This document shows, in pieces, positions 49,130-58,848 of a stretch of 64,000 nucleotides of DNA. The stretch lies in assembly GCA_002718195.1 (NCBI GenBank), contig PBDU01000011.1, positions 91,927 to 155,926 of the forward strand, written 5' to 3'. Below the pieces are notes generated by a model. That model worked only from the letters and a program-made list of their open reading frames with translations. It was not told the DNA's origin and did no database searches. Made by a program: the position numbers and the translations under genes. This stretch comes from Methanobacteriota archaeon. Lineage in GTDB: Archaea; Thermoplasmatota; Poseidoniia; Poseidoniales; Poseidoniaceae. Positions within the stretch are counted from its first letter, which is position 1. Every line of letters begins with the position of its first letter.

Positions 49130-50163
49130 TCTTCTTCCTCCTGGAATATCTTTGATAAATCATCAGAACCTTCTCTTACTAACTGCAACCCAATTTCTTC
49201 AGGATCTAATCCTGTAGCAGCAACTAATAATTGAGTTAAAGTTGGTTTTTCCATAGCCCAATGATATATTCTATAGAATTCTGCAAATTTCTTTATATCT
49301 AACTTACTAGTATTTGTTGTTTCCAATTTCCAGCCAGTTTTTCCGATAGTTGGCTCTTCATCAATTCCGTTCTTCGAGAGGAACTTTTTGTTTGGCGCTT
49401 CTCCTTCTCCTCTGATCACTAATTTTCTTTTGACGCCGAGCAATTTAGCTAACTGTGCGTGCTCTGATATTGCTAAAATTTTGCCTTTGTGCATCAAGGC
49501 TAACTTGTCTACAACCCCTTCTAATGTCTCTAATTGATGACTGGATATGATTACAGATACTCCTTTTTTGCTTAATTTCGATAAAAGAGATTTGAATGCG
49601 GCACTAGCAACTGGGTCCAAGCCATTGAATGGCTCATCCAGAACCAATATTTTGGGGCTCGATAATAGTGCACACGCCAGGGAAAGCCGTTGGCGCATTC
49701 CTTGGCTCAAAGAATCAAGAGATTCACTTTCTCTTGTTCCGAGTCCAACCAGATCAAGTACACCTTTGAGTTTTTTATCTGCAACTCCAATCATCATGCC
49801 TATCTCGTTGATTGCCGCATGGATGGATTTGCTACCTTGCCATCTAACTTGTTCTGGCATATGTCCGGTTATTTCCCGTAATTTCTGCGCTAATTTATCT
49901 GGATTGGATTCATCCAATCCTTCGATTGTGGCAGTAACTGAATCAAATTTGTTTATTCCAACTAGTGATTTAAGTAAGGTACTTTTTCCAGCCCCATTCG
50001 GTCCGACTAGACCTATTATTTCACCCGAGAAAATTGGGATCTCTATTTCACGAATTCCTGCCGCAGGTAATTTTCTAAATGGATTTTTGAGGGTTGGTTT
50101 AGCCAGTTTATAGCTAAAGTTAGCATCAGAAATGCGCAGGATGCATTCAGATGCCTTCGCCAT
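49126..50163 (-). CDS. ABC transporter ATP-binding protein
   Basis: Walker A GLVGPNGAGKST, signature LSQGMRQRLSLA, Walker B LVLDEP, H-loop SSHQLE. ~120-aa C-terminal extension. Confidence 0.9.
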   Translation of the reverse strand: MAKASECILRISDANFSYKLAKPTLKNPFRKLPAAGIREIEIPIFSGEIIGLVGPNGAGKSTLLKSLVGINKFDSVTATIEGLDESNPDKLAQKLREITGHMPEQVRWQGSKSIHAAINEIGMMIGVADKKLKGVLDLVGLGTRESESLDSLSQGMRQRLSLACALLSSPKILVLDEPFNGLDPVASAAFKSLLSKLSKKGVSVIISSHQLETLEGVVDKLALMHKGKILAISEHAQLAKLLGVKRKLVIRGEGEAPNKKFLSKNGIDEEPTIGKTGWKLETTNTSKLDIKKFAEFYRIYHWAMEKPTLTQLLVAATGLDPEEIGLQLVREGSDDLSKIFQEEEE

Positions 50164-50241
50164 TGTGATAAGACAAGCAGAATCTATCTTTGAAGATATT
50201 TACTAGCGCTAACACTAAATCATCCGCAATCAAAGCACGGC

Positions 50242-51153
50242 TTGATTGTGATGTATCCAAACATAATCGCAACTATTTTGTTGTTGATTCTTCCATTTGC
50301 CCATCACAAAATTATTTCGCGTATTAACAACCAAGAGGAAACGAATGAATTTTTCGATTATCTTGGGAAATCTGGGGTTTTAATTTATTTTGTGAGTATT
50401 GGATTACTTTGGATAATACCACTTGGGTCAATTTTAGTCCCGGTCTTTTTTGTTGCCATTAGTTTCATCAGTCCATATGGGAGAATGGAATGGGAAAAGC
50501 ATACAAAGCTTAGGCTTCAAGTTCTATCAACTGGACTTGTAATCATCCTGTTATGTGGTTTACTACCGGCGCCATCTCCAGTTGAACCAGAGGGCTGGGG
50601 TTCGCCCTTGCAAGTGGAATCTTCATCCTCATCACTTTACCCAGCGGGTACCGAATCTGCCTGGTTTTTAGATAGCGGGGGCAATGACTGGTCATTTGTT
50701 GTATCTTACAAAATGAATACCCCGTATCAATTTGGTTCCATAGGGCAAGCATATTCAACATTGAAAATAGCAGATATTTTTTCACTACAAGATGAAAAAA
50801 TGTCATCATCTTTGGAACTATTAGATAGTCAATTTTCATTCCCTTTTGTTGATTCAGAATATGTTGACTTGGTAAAGCAAACTACTCAAGAAACGCATAC
50901 TTACTCTTACCAATCGCCGGAAGGAGAACAAACTATTGACTTGAATTTTAGAATATGGTCTGTAAATTCACTCGTAATTGGGACCTCAGCGGAAGGGGTA
51001 AAGGTAGCAGAAGTTCTCTTTGTTACAGTTGGTTCTTGGGATGGTTCAACTAATATGCTTGCAGTAATTAGACCAGTATCTGACTCTTTAGATTCTGATA
51101 GATATGCTCAAACCTATGTTTCAGAGTGGTATTCTGAGTTACTTAAAGATTGA
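50242..51153 (+). CDS. Hypothetical membrane protein, N-terminal TM helices plus extracytoplasmic domain
   Basis: Three hydrophobic helices within the first 110 aa, then a soluble S/T-rich domain. No motif recognised. Confidence 0.45.
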   Translation: MIVMYPNIIATILLLILPFAHHKIISRINNQEETNEFFDYLGKSGVLIYFVSIGLLWIIPLGSILVPVFFVAISFISPYGRMEWEKHTKLRLQVLSTGLVIILLCGLLPAPSPVEPEGWGSPLQVESSSSSLYPAGTESAWFLDSGGNDWSFVVSYKMNTPYQFGSIGQAYSTLKIADIFSLQDEKMSSSLELLDSQFSFPFVDSEYVDLVKQTTQETHTYSYQSPEGEQTIDLNFRIWSVNSLVIGTSAEGVKVAEVLFVTVGSWDGSTNMLAVIRPVSDSLDSDRYAQTYVSEWYSELLKD

Positions 51154-51155
51154 AT

Positions 51156-52097
51156 TTACTTTTCCTCGGGGTGATTAACCATCGCAGCAGGGAGAAATAT
51201 GCTCCACCACGAATGTCTTTTGTTATATTTTTCATCATTGAAAAGTGATCTAGTTAACTTAGATATCGTGTCTAGAATGAGAACTACTACGAAAATAACG
51301 ATTACATACGCAAAAACCTTGTCATACTGAAGGAATTCTAAGTACAAATTGATGTAATAACCAATTCCACCAGCCCCAACAATTCCGATAACTGTACCGT
51401 GCCTGAAGTTGTACTCGAACATGAATATTGCCTGCGAGATCAAACCATTCGCAGCTTCTGGAAGAACAACTCCAAAAGATCTCTCTAGCCAACCATGTCC
51501 CATTGCTTTTGATGCATCCAGTTGAGGTTTAGCAACCCCCTCGATAGTTTCATACTGTAGTTTTCCTAAGTAGCCAACAGTGTATATTGTCATAGCCATT
51601 ATACCAGCCATTGGACCTAAACCAACCATGATAACAAAGAGTACAGCCCAGAGAATACTAGGAAGACTTCTACAAGCTGCTAAAAAAAACCTTGCGGGGT
51701 ACGATATCCAGTTTGAGTTCAAATTGTCTGCTGCTAAAAGTGCTATTGGGTAGGAAATTAGCATACCGAAAACTGTTGCGCTAAAAGCAATTTTGATTGT
51801 TTCCATCACTCCAATCCATGCTGTTGAACAAGTGAAATCGAGCCATCCTGTTCTTTCACAAACAGGATATGCTCTCGGTTCTAAAACACTCCAATCTGGG
51901 GGCCATAGGGATTCCATGAAAAAAGTTCTAACATTCCTTGGGCTCTCAAACAATTTATCCCATTGACCTTCAATTGCTGAGTTCATGACCCATATTGCTA
52001 ATGATACTAACAAAAATAGAACGAATAGCCATCTAAACTTAAACCAAAGGGAAGAAAAGGCATCGCCTTCTTTTTCCAACTCTGAATTTTTGTCCAT
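51156..52097 (-). CDS. phnE: Phosphonate-type ABC transporter permease (PhnE-like)
   Basis: Permease with the PhnE-characteristic GIVGAGGIG segment and a DASKAMG (EAA-loop-like) region. 313 aa. Confidence 0.65.
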   Translation of the reverse strand: MDKNSELEKEGDAFSSLWFKFRWLFVLFLLVSLAIWVMNSAIEGQWDKLFESPRNVRTFFMESLWPPDWSVLEPRAYPVCERTGWLDFTCSTAWIGVMETIKIAFSATVFGMLISYPIALLAADNLNSNWISYPARFFLAACRSLPSILWAVLFVIMVGLGPMAGIMAMTIYTVGYLGKLQYETIEGVAKPQLDASKAMGHGWLERSFGVVLPEAANGLISQAIFMFEYNFRHGTVIGIVGAGGIGYYINLYLEFLQYDKVFAYVIVIFVVVLILDTISKLTRSLFNDEKYNKRHSWWSIFLPAAMVNHPEEK

Positions 52098-52109
52098 CTA
52101 GTTGCCTCC

Positions 52110-52772
52110 CTAATTTTCTACCAACTTACCATTTTCTGCAGTGAGTATTCTTGTGGCCATTTTCTCGGCTCTTGAGAGGTCATGTTCAACCAATATCATA
52201 ATCGCATTTTTCTTTTTTACATAATCTAGAACAACATCCATGACTTTAGTAAGCGTTTCTTCATCTAATTCCGCCAGAAATTCATCCGCTAGTATTAACT
52301 TAGGCTCTTGGGCTAAAGTTCTAGCAATAGCAACCCTTCTTTGCTGGCCACCTGATAGTTTGCCCACCTGTACTCTAGTTTTAGATTCAATTCCCATTGC
52401 TTCAATTGCCTTTTTTGTGTGGATTTTAGTATCCCTTGAGAAAGGGAACCAAGGTTTTGTATGACCTGCCATAGCGCCTAAAATTACGTTATGATGTACG
52501 GTAGAATTTCGAATTAAGCCAAGTCTTTGAGGTATGTAACCTACCTCTCCGCGCTTCGCTTTTTTGTTACCAAAAATCGTGACATCACCATTAATTGGAC
52601 GGACAAGTCCAGCTAATGTTTTGAGCAATGTTGTCTTTCCTATCCCAGAGACACCATTTATGGCTACAATGTCTCCTGGTTTCAAGGTCAAAGAGATTCC
52701 TTGAATTAATGGCTCGTCTTTGCTGTATCCAACTGACGCGTTGGTTATTGTGATTGAATCATAATCACCCAT
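52110..52772 (-). CDS. phnC: ABC transporter ATP-binding protein (PhnC-like)
   Basis: Walker A GVSGIGKTTLL, signature LSGGQQRRVAIARTL, Walker B LILADEFLAELD. Compact, 220 aa. Confidence 0.8.
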   Translation of the reverse strand: MGDYDSITITNASVGYSKDEPLIQGISLTLKPGDIVAINGVSGIGKTTLLKTLAGLVRPINGDVTIFGNKKAKRGEVGYIPQRLGLIRNSTVHHNVILGAMAGHTKPWFPFSRDTKIHTKKAIEAMGIESKTRVQVGKLSGGQQRRVAIARTLAQEPKLILADEFLAELDEETLTKVMDVVLDYVKKKNAIMILVEHDLSRAEKMATRILTAENGKLVEN

Positions 52773-52846
52773 TATGATTCCTCAATCCAATCCGACGCGA
52801 CTTGTTATTTTAACCATGAGGTATGAACCAAGAATCAAATTATTGA

Positions 52847-54970
52847 TTATAAATCGTACTTGTCCTCAAAGTATGCAGAAATTCCAGGAACATTTGATAT
52901 TGAATCAGAATAAGTTCCCATGTGTTCTTGAGTGTTCACAGCAACAAAGCCACCGGTATTGAAAACTTCATCCAATAAAGAGTCGCCACACATATTCCTA
53001 TCCATGTCTCTATCGACTTCTCTTGTGATCTCGTTGTAACAATAGCCACTACCTTCTTCTATCCATGTTTCTCCATTCATTTCCATCAATGCGTTTAGGA
53101 TTGCAGTTCTGGTGTACATGTCTAAACTATCCGGGTTATACATGACTGGGTGGCTTGGAGCCTTACCGAATAGCGGAAGAGCAACGTATCCAGAATTGCC
53201 ATCTTCATCGGTCAGGCACCAATTCCTTTGTTTGTTTACACAATGATAATCATGGGTAGTATCTGCTATGAAAGCAATGTCTCCTCTCTCTTCAGATAGG
53301 CATCTCAATGCTCCTTCATAGCTGTAGTATAAATCTCCAGATTCAGGTATTGATGCATCTTCGTTGAAGAACTCGTAGATAGTATCCCTCAGAGAAGCAA
53401 CGTCATCAGGGTCACCAACAACATCAGCGTAACCATTTCCAATTAGATATCCCATAGGAAGAAGCATACCTGCTGATTTCAACCATCCGGTGTGGCATGA
53501 AGTTTTACCTCTGAACAATTCGAAAGGATCAGTTGAATCATCATCGTCAAGGTAAGCTTGGGCAATATCGCTATCTGCCCTGACATATGCTTGTGCGCCA
53601 TACCATGATCTTCCATCTGGTTTTAGGTCAGCAGCCAATGCAGATAGTCCGTATTCTTTCCAACCTACCCAAGCAGCTCCACCGTCCATGAATCCAATAT
53701 CCGCATGACCAAACCTCAAGGCTTCTAGAATCGCTCCTTCTGACGAAACATCATACAATTCAACGCTTACATTGAGCTTCATTGCTAGCCTATCTGCAAA
53801 AATTTGAGGATTTGAGTCTATGTTAGTGTAAGTATCTCTGACTTCGTAAGCGATTACAATAGGATCTTTTGTAGGACTAACAGTTGTGTCCAGATCATAA
53901 ATTCCTCCATAGTAAGCCTGAATTCCTGGAACGTTTCTAATAGCAGCCGAGTAAGTTCCTAGGTGGTCTTCTGTTGTTCCAACATCCACAATTCCACGTG
54001 GAGAATTTAGAATCTCATCAAGGATTTCCTGCCCCTCGTCATTATCTTCCATTGCAACCAATACTTTCCTTACAATTTCTGCCTTTTCTTCACTCATTTC
54101 AGCAGGGTTGTACATTACTGGGTGCCCAGGTGCTCTTCCAAATAGAGGCAATTCGACATACTCAGTTTCATCTAAGCACCATGTATTGCTTTCTGCTCTG
54201 TCTACACAATAATAGTCAAGAGTAGTATCTGCAACAAAAGCGATGTCTCCTCTATCTTCTGATAAGCATCTCAATGCTCCCTTGTAACTGTAATATGTTT
54301 CTCCTGTATCAGGAATAGATGCATTTTCGTTAAAGAAATCATAAATTGTATCTCTCATTGATTCAACCGTGTTTGGGTCACCTATGACATTCGCATATCC
54401 ATTTCCAATTAAGTAGCCCATTGGTAGAAGCATACCTGCAGATTTCAACCATCCGGTGTGACAGGATGTTTTTCCTTGGAACAGCGCAAATGGGTCTGTA
54501 TAAAGGTCATCATCTTGGTGGGCTAGAGCCATGTCACTGTCTGCTTTTACAACCGCTCTTGCTCCATACCATGTCCTTCCATCTGGTTTTGTTTCACTCG
54601 CTAGAACTCCAAGGTCATATTGTTGCCATCCGATCCAAGCAGAACCACCGTCCATGAATGCTATGTCCGCATGACCAAATCTTAGAGCCTCGATTGCAGC
54701 ACCAGTGGAATCAATGGGATAAAGGTCCACAGGGGCATCAAATTCCTCAGAGAGGTAGTCTGCCATCTTTTGAGGATTTTCATCAATGTTAGTGTAGGTG
54801 TCCCTAACTTGATATGCTATCACTAGGGAATCAATGTTACCTAATTCATCTAGATCGTTTGTTTCTTCTGTTTCTCCAACACAACCCACAAGTATTGACA
54901 TCAACATAACGGATGCAACAAAGACGGATTTGGTCACTTTTTGTCTACTCACAGTAATCACTTGATGCAT
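52847..54970 (-). CDS. Tandem-duplicated PhnD/SsuA-like periplasmic substrate-binding protein (two SBP modules in one 707-aa polypeptide), N-terminally anchored
   Basis: Two homologous ~330-aa halves: ...AAIEALRFGHADIAFMDGGSAWIGW... and ...GAILEALRFGHADIGFMDGGAAWVGW... Each continues through KTSCHTGWLKSAGMLLPMGYLIGNGYA and GALRCLSE.RGDIAF.ADTT. N-terminal hydrophobic segment with Cys (LMSILVGCVGETEE), lipobox-like. Confidence 0.7.
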   Translation of the reverse strand: MHQVITVSRQKVTKSVFVASVMLMSILVGCVGETEETNDLDELGNIDSLVIAYQVRDTYTNIDENPQKMADYLSEEFDAPVDLYPIDSTGAAIEALRFGHADIAFMDGGSAWIGWQQYDLGVLASETKPDGRTWYGARAVVKADSDMALAHQDDDLYTDPFALFQGKTSCHTGWLKSAGMLLPMGYLIGNGYANVIGDPNTVESMRDTIYDFFNENASIPDTGETYYSYKGALRCLSEDRGDIAFVADTTLDYYCVDRAESNTWCLDETEYVELPLFGRAPGHPVMYNPAEMSEEKAEIVRKVLVAMEDNDEGQEILDEILNSPRGIVDVGTTEDHLGTYSAAIRNVPGIQAYYGGIYDLDTTVSPTKDPIVIAYEVRDTYTNIDSNPQIFADRLAMKLNVSVELYDVSSEGAILEALRFGHADIGFMDGGAAWVGWKEYGLSALAADLKPDGRSWYGAQAYVRADSDIAQAYLDDDDSTDPFELFRGKTSCHTGWLKSAGMLLPMGYLIGNGYADVVGDPDDVASLRDTIYEFFNEDASIPESGDLYYSYEGALRCLSEERGDIAFIADTTHDYHCVNKQRNWCLTDEDGNSGYVALPLFGKAPSHPVMYNPDSLDMYTRTAILNALMEMNGETWIEEGSGYCYNEITREVDRDMDRNMCGDSLLDEVFNTGGFVAVNTQEHMGTYSDSISNVPGISAYFEDKYDL

Positions 54971-55043
54971 GCGAAAAACATCCTATTAAAAAATATTAGG
55001 GTGCCCTAAAAACACAAATAAAGGAAAGATTTCTGGACCAATC

Positions 55044-56000
55044 ATGACGCAAATGGGAAATGGTAAACATCTGAAAGCATGGGCTTTCAGATTGATTCTT
55101 CCCATCTTAAGCGCTATATTTATCATAACTATTTTTGATTTTGAGTTAATTCAACCACTTGTGAAACAACTTTCACTTGCTTCATTAATTTTAATTGTCC
55201 TTATTTCTGGCTTGAGACCTATTTTCGGGGGCTTGAGAGCATCAGTAGCATATTCCAAAATCGATTATTTATCAGTAAAATCAGCAACTAAAGGATACAT
55301 TCTATCGGCATATGGAGGAATATTCCTCCCCTCTTCAATTGGAGGCGATCTACTGAGGATAGAGCACATTAAAAATTGTACAAACGGGTTGCGCAGGGAT
55401 GCATTAATGGTCGTAACTGTTGAGAGAGTAATCGGATTTCTTGCATTGTTGATTACTGCTTTACTGGTATCTATTCTTGTTCCATCAGTATCAGATTTTT
55501 CTCTATTCTTCAGCATAACCTTTTTTGCCATTACATCGTCACTAATCCTCTGTTTTTTCTCTACAAAATTTCTTCCTTTGCCAGACTGGGTTTCTCGTAT
55601 ATTCCAACACGTAAATTCTTATTCAGATAAAATGCTTTTATCAAAGATTTTTTTATTGTCAGTAGTTTTTCAAATAGTATCTTTGTCGATTCCAGTACTT
55701 GTTGCATTCGTGGTCTCAGGTATCGAGAATGCCTACCAAATTGCGATAATTACACCAGCGGTTGCTATATTTACTACACTGCCTATCGCAATTGGAGGCT
55801 TAGGTATTAGAGAGGCTGGATATTTGGGTTTGGGTGCTATGGTTAATGTCCCAAATGAAGTTTCTTTGCTCGCTGGATTAAGCCTATCTATCTCTATTAT
55901 CATTTCTGGAATACCTGGTATAATAATCCAAAATGAGCTGATTACAATCAACGCAAAAGAACAAACTCAAAACTTTACAAATAATGGAGATATTTCATGA
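55044..56000 (+). CDS. Flippase-like polytopic membrane protein (UPF0104 / LPG-synthase TM-domain family)
   Basis: ~8 TM helices and a GGDLLR-containing loop. Its 3' end overlaps the start of the downstream GT2 gene by 4 nt, the usual arrangement for this family. Confidence 0.5.
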   Translation: MTQMGNGKHLKAWAFRLILPILSAIFIITIFDFELIQPLVKQLSLASLILIVLISGLRPIFGGLRASVAYSKIDYLSVKSATKGYILSAYGGIFLPSSIGGDLLRIEHIKNCTNGLRRDALMVVTVERVIGFLALLITALLVSILVPSVSDFSLFFSITFFAITSSLILCFFSTKFLPLPDWVSRIFQHVNSYSDKMLLSKIFLLSVVFQIVSLSIPVLVAFVVSGIENAYQIAIITPAVAIFTTLPIAIGGLGIREAGYLGLGAMVNVPNEVSLLAGLSLSISIIISGIPGIIIQNELITINAKEQTQNFTNNGDIS

Positions 56001-56950
56001 ATCTAACAAAGCACAGTGTAGACATAGTAGTCCCGATATACAACGATGAACAGGTTATCGATAGATTGTGTGAAACAGTATTTTCCGTCCTTGGAGACAA
56101 ATTCAAGTCAATAAAATTGATTCTTGTAGATGATGGATCAAAAGACCAATCATTTGCAAAAGCCATTGAAAATAGGAAATTGAATCAAAATATCGAAGTG
56201 ATAAGATTAGCAGGTAACTTTGGTCAGCACAGAGCGATTTTAGCAGGTTTGCGTAGTACAAAAAGTCCGTTCGTTGCAATAATGGATTCAGACTTACAGG
56301 ACAGACCTAGAGACATACCTGTTTTACTTCAGAAAATGCTGGAGGAAGACACCCCTATGGCCATAGCAAGAAGGAGTAAAAGGAGCGATAGTTTTCTTAA
56401 AAAAATGGGAAGTAAGATGTTTGCAAAGGTCTCTAACATATTAGTTCCATTCAAAGTAGACCCGAATGTTGGGGCATTTAGAGTGATAAGACAAACAGTC
56501 GTTTCCGAGGTATGTAATGTAGATGAGCACACAGGAACTCCTTTCTCGATGCTATATTCATTGCAAATTCCTTACAGTATTGTGGATTTGGAAAGGGATG
56601 CTAGAACGGATGGGGTTTCAGGTTACACGTTAAGAAAATCACTAAAATTAGCAGGAGATAGGATAATGACTTATTCAATCAAACCAATAAGATTAGCAAT
56701 TCTACTGGGCGTGTTTTTTGGTATGACTTCAATAGGAATTGCAGTCTATTCAATTGTAAATTATGGTCTCCAAGATAAGGTGTACCCTGGTTGGACATCA
56801 ACTGTCTTTGTAACCTCATTTTTTGGAGGATTAAATCTACTATTTCTTGGTATCATAGGAGAATATATTGGTAGGATATACATTGAAGCAAGAGGTATCC
56901 CAAATTACATGATAAGGTATTCTACAATTGACGAGTTAGAAGAGGATTAA
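55997..56950 (+). CDS. Glycosyltransferase family 2, polyprenyl/dolichyl-phosphate hexosyltransferase-like (AglD / DPM1 / GtrB-like), with C-terminal TM helices
   Basis: DIVVPIYNDEQVI, LVDDGSKD, DSDLQD (DxD). Two C-terminal TM helices are typical of GtrB/ArnC-type enzymes. Confidence 0.8.
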   Translation: MNLTKHSVDIVVPIYNDEQVIDRLCETVFSVLGDKFKSIKLILVDDGSKDQSFAKAIENRKLNQNIEVIRLAGNFGQHRAILAGLRSTKSPFVAIMDSDLQDRPRDIPVLLQKMLEEDTPMAIARRSKRSDSFLKKMGSKMFAKVSNILVPFKVDPNVGAFRVIRQTVVSEVCNVDEHTGTPFSMLYSLQIPYSIVDLERDARTDGVSGYTLRKSLKLAGDRIMTYSIKPIRLAILLGVFFGMTSIGIAVYSIVNYGLQDKVYPGWTSTVFVTSFFGGLNLLFLGIIGEYIGRIYIEARGIPNYMIRYSTIDELEED

Positions 56951-57636
56951 CTAATACATATGTGTTCAATTGAATCTTTACCAAGCCTAGCTATGGTATC
57001 GATAATTGAAACATAATGCGAAAATTCAGAACCATTTTGCTCATATTCTTCGAAAGGTCCATATTCCATCCATTGAAGAGTAATTCCAGAATCATCAAAT
57101 TCATTCTTGATATAATTTTTTGCGGCAGGTCCGCTGATGTAGGTGTCTGCTCCTAATTTCTCGCAAATCTTGATCAATTTTTCAACTCTATTTCCGTCTA
57201 TCCCCAAATCTGCGGCATTGTAGAATTTTGTATCGATTTCAAGATATTTGCAAAATGATTTGATTAATTTTTGATTGAATAAGGATAAATTATCCAAACC
57301 TCTTTCAAAAAATATTGGCTCTAATATTTCCTTTACGTCTTCGTAATAAGGAAATTTTGAATAAGCTCGCTTAATCGATTCTAAATGTTTAGTTTTCCAT
57401 TTTCCGTTTGGTAAATCTACTTCATCAATATTTTTCCCACGGTTTGAACCTACTGGGATAGTTAGCCAAAGTTCTCCAGATTTTGTGAGTATTTTATTTC
57501 TTGATCTCCAATCTCTGCTGGTAAATGAAACGTTATCGTAAAAAACAAAAATATCCGATTTGGCAATCATTTGAAAATATCCTTTCCAAGGTATGTAGTT
57601 AGATTGTGAAATAACACAAGTTGTCAAACTATTCAT
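56947..57636 (-). CDS. WbqC-family protein
   Basis: The N-terminus ISQSNYIPWKGYFQMIAKSDIFVFYDNV matches the WbqC family signature. 229 aa. Confidence 0.75.
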   Translation of the reverse strand: MNSLTTCVISQSNYIPWKGYFQMIAKSDIFVFYDNVSFTSRDWRSRNKILTKSGELWLTIPVGSNRGKNIDEVDLPNGKWKTKHLESIKRAYSKFPYYEDVKEILEPIFFERGLDNLSLFNQKLIKSFCKYLEIDTKFYNAADLGIDGNRVEKLIKICEKLGADTYISGPAAKNYIKNEFDDSGITLQWMEYGPFEEYEQNGSEFSHYVSIIDTIARLGKDSIEHICIS

Positions 57637-58792
57637 CTCCCGATATTACGTAACACTGTTCTATATTTGCAGCCAAATTCTTTGCTATTGACAACAATTC
57701 TGGATTTTCATTTTCCTTTACGTGCACGTATCCAAGTTCGCAATAACCATTCGAATTAACCTTAACATTCTCATCAATTACTGCTTCTTGAACGAAGAAA
57801 TTTGAATCTCCTGTTTTGGTAAATGAACTAATTTGCCCAGATTTCCATGATAAAACATTGCAAGCGGCGTTAGGAGTACCTGTTCCGTTAGCAGTTGTTA
57901 CAATCTCCATACCTAGCGCAATTTTGACAGCCATTTCGTACATATTTACGCCGATATATTCTCCGCAGACCTCTGGCAACCGAGTACCACCCATGCGAGG
58001 CGTGATCTCAACAATATACGGTCCTTCAGGCGTATCAATGAAGTCAATATTGCATATTGAATCCTTTAGGTCCAAACAATCTATACACATTCTAACCATT
58101 TTCTCACACTCTTTTTGTAGATCACGCTCTTTTGGATGTGGACAACCATGCCCAATTGGAATTCTGATTGGTGGTTCAGTCGTAATATCACTGTGGAGAA
58201 TAAGTCGCTCAAGCTTCCTTCCAACAATTATTGCTTGTGCTCCAAATTCACTCCCTTCTATCCATTCCTCTACTATCACTTTACCAATTTTTGAGTTATT
58301 TTTTGCTATTTCAAAATCTTTATACAAATTTGAATCCTTTGTTATCTGAATGACTCCTCTAGAGCCCGAGGAATCAACTGGCTTAATAACACAGTTTGAA
58401 TCAGTTTTTTCAAAAAACTTTGAAACTTCCAAAGCTGATGATACTAACTTAAATTTCGCAGTCCTGAGGTTGTATTCACTTAGTTTTCTTTTCATCAACA
58501 GTTTATTCTGACATATTGTTCCAGTTTTAGCACTAAATCCTCTTAAATTCATTGAATCAACAACTAAACCAATAGAGGATAGCGATATATCGTTTGCAGT
58601 TGATAGAATTCCATCAATCTCCAATTTCTTTGAGAGATTCAAAACTTTTTCAGGCGAAGTAATGTCAATTTCATGGAAATTTTTGGCTATATCGATTCCT
58701 GGATATTTACCAGAAATAGAGGCTACATGGACTTCCAAATCCATATCTTGAGCTTTAACGATAAGAGGTAATTGGTGTCTCCCCGCACCCAA
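57629..58792 (-). CDS. ATP-grasp domain ligase
   Basis: Pre-ATP-grasp plus ATP-grasp pattern (KPVDSSGSRGV, EEWIEGSEFG, a C-terminal E/N metal-binding region). 8-nt overlap with the WbqC gene. Confidence 0.65.
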   Translation of the reverse strand: MGAGRHQLPLIVKAQDMDLEVHVASISGKYPGIDIAKNFHEIDITSPEKVLNLSKKLEIDGILSTANDISLSSIGLVVDSMNLRGFSAKTGTICQNKLLMKRKLSEYNLRTAKFKLVSSALEVSKFFEKTDSNCVIKPVDSSGSRGVIQITKDSNLYKDFEIAKNNSKIGKVIVEEWIEGSEFGAQAIIVGRKLERLILHSDITTEPPIRIPIGHGCPHPKERDLQKECEKMVRMCIDCLDLKDSICNIDFIDTPEGPYIVEITPRMGGTRLPEVCGEYIGVNMYEMAVKIALGMEIVTTANGTGTPNAACNVLSWKSGQISSFTKTGDSNFFVQEAVIDENVKVNSNGYCELGYVHVKENENPELLSIAKNLAANIEQCYVISGDE

Positions 58793-58848
58793 TATCAGTA
58801 ATTTACGGATATCATCACCAATAATTAGGACCCCCTAAAAAACCCTAA

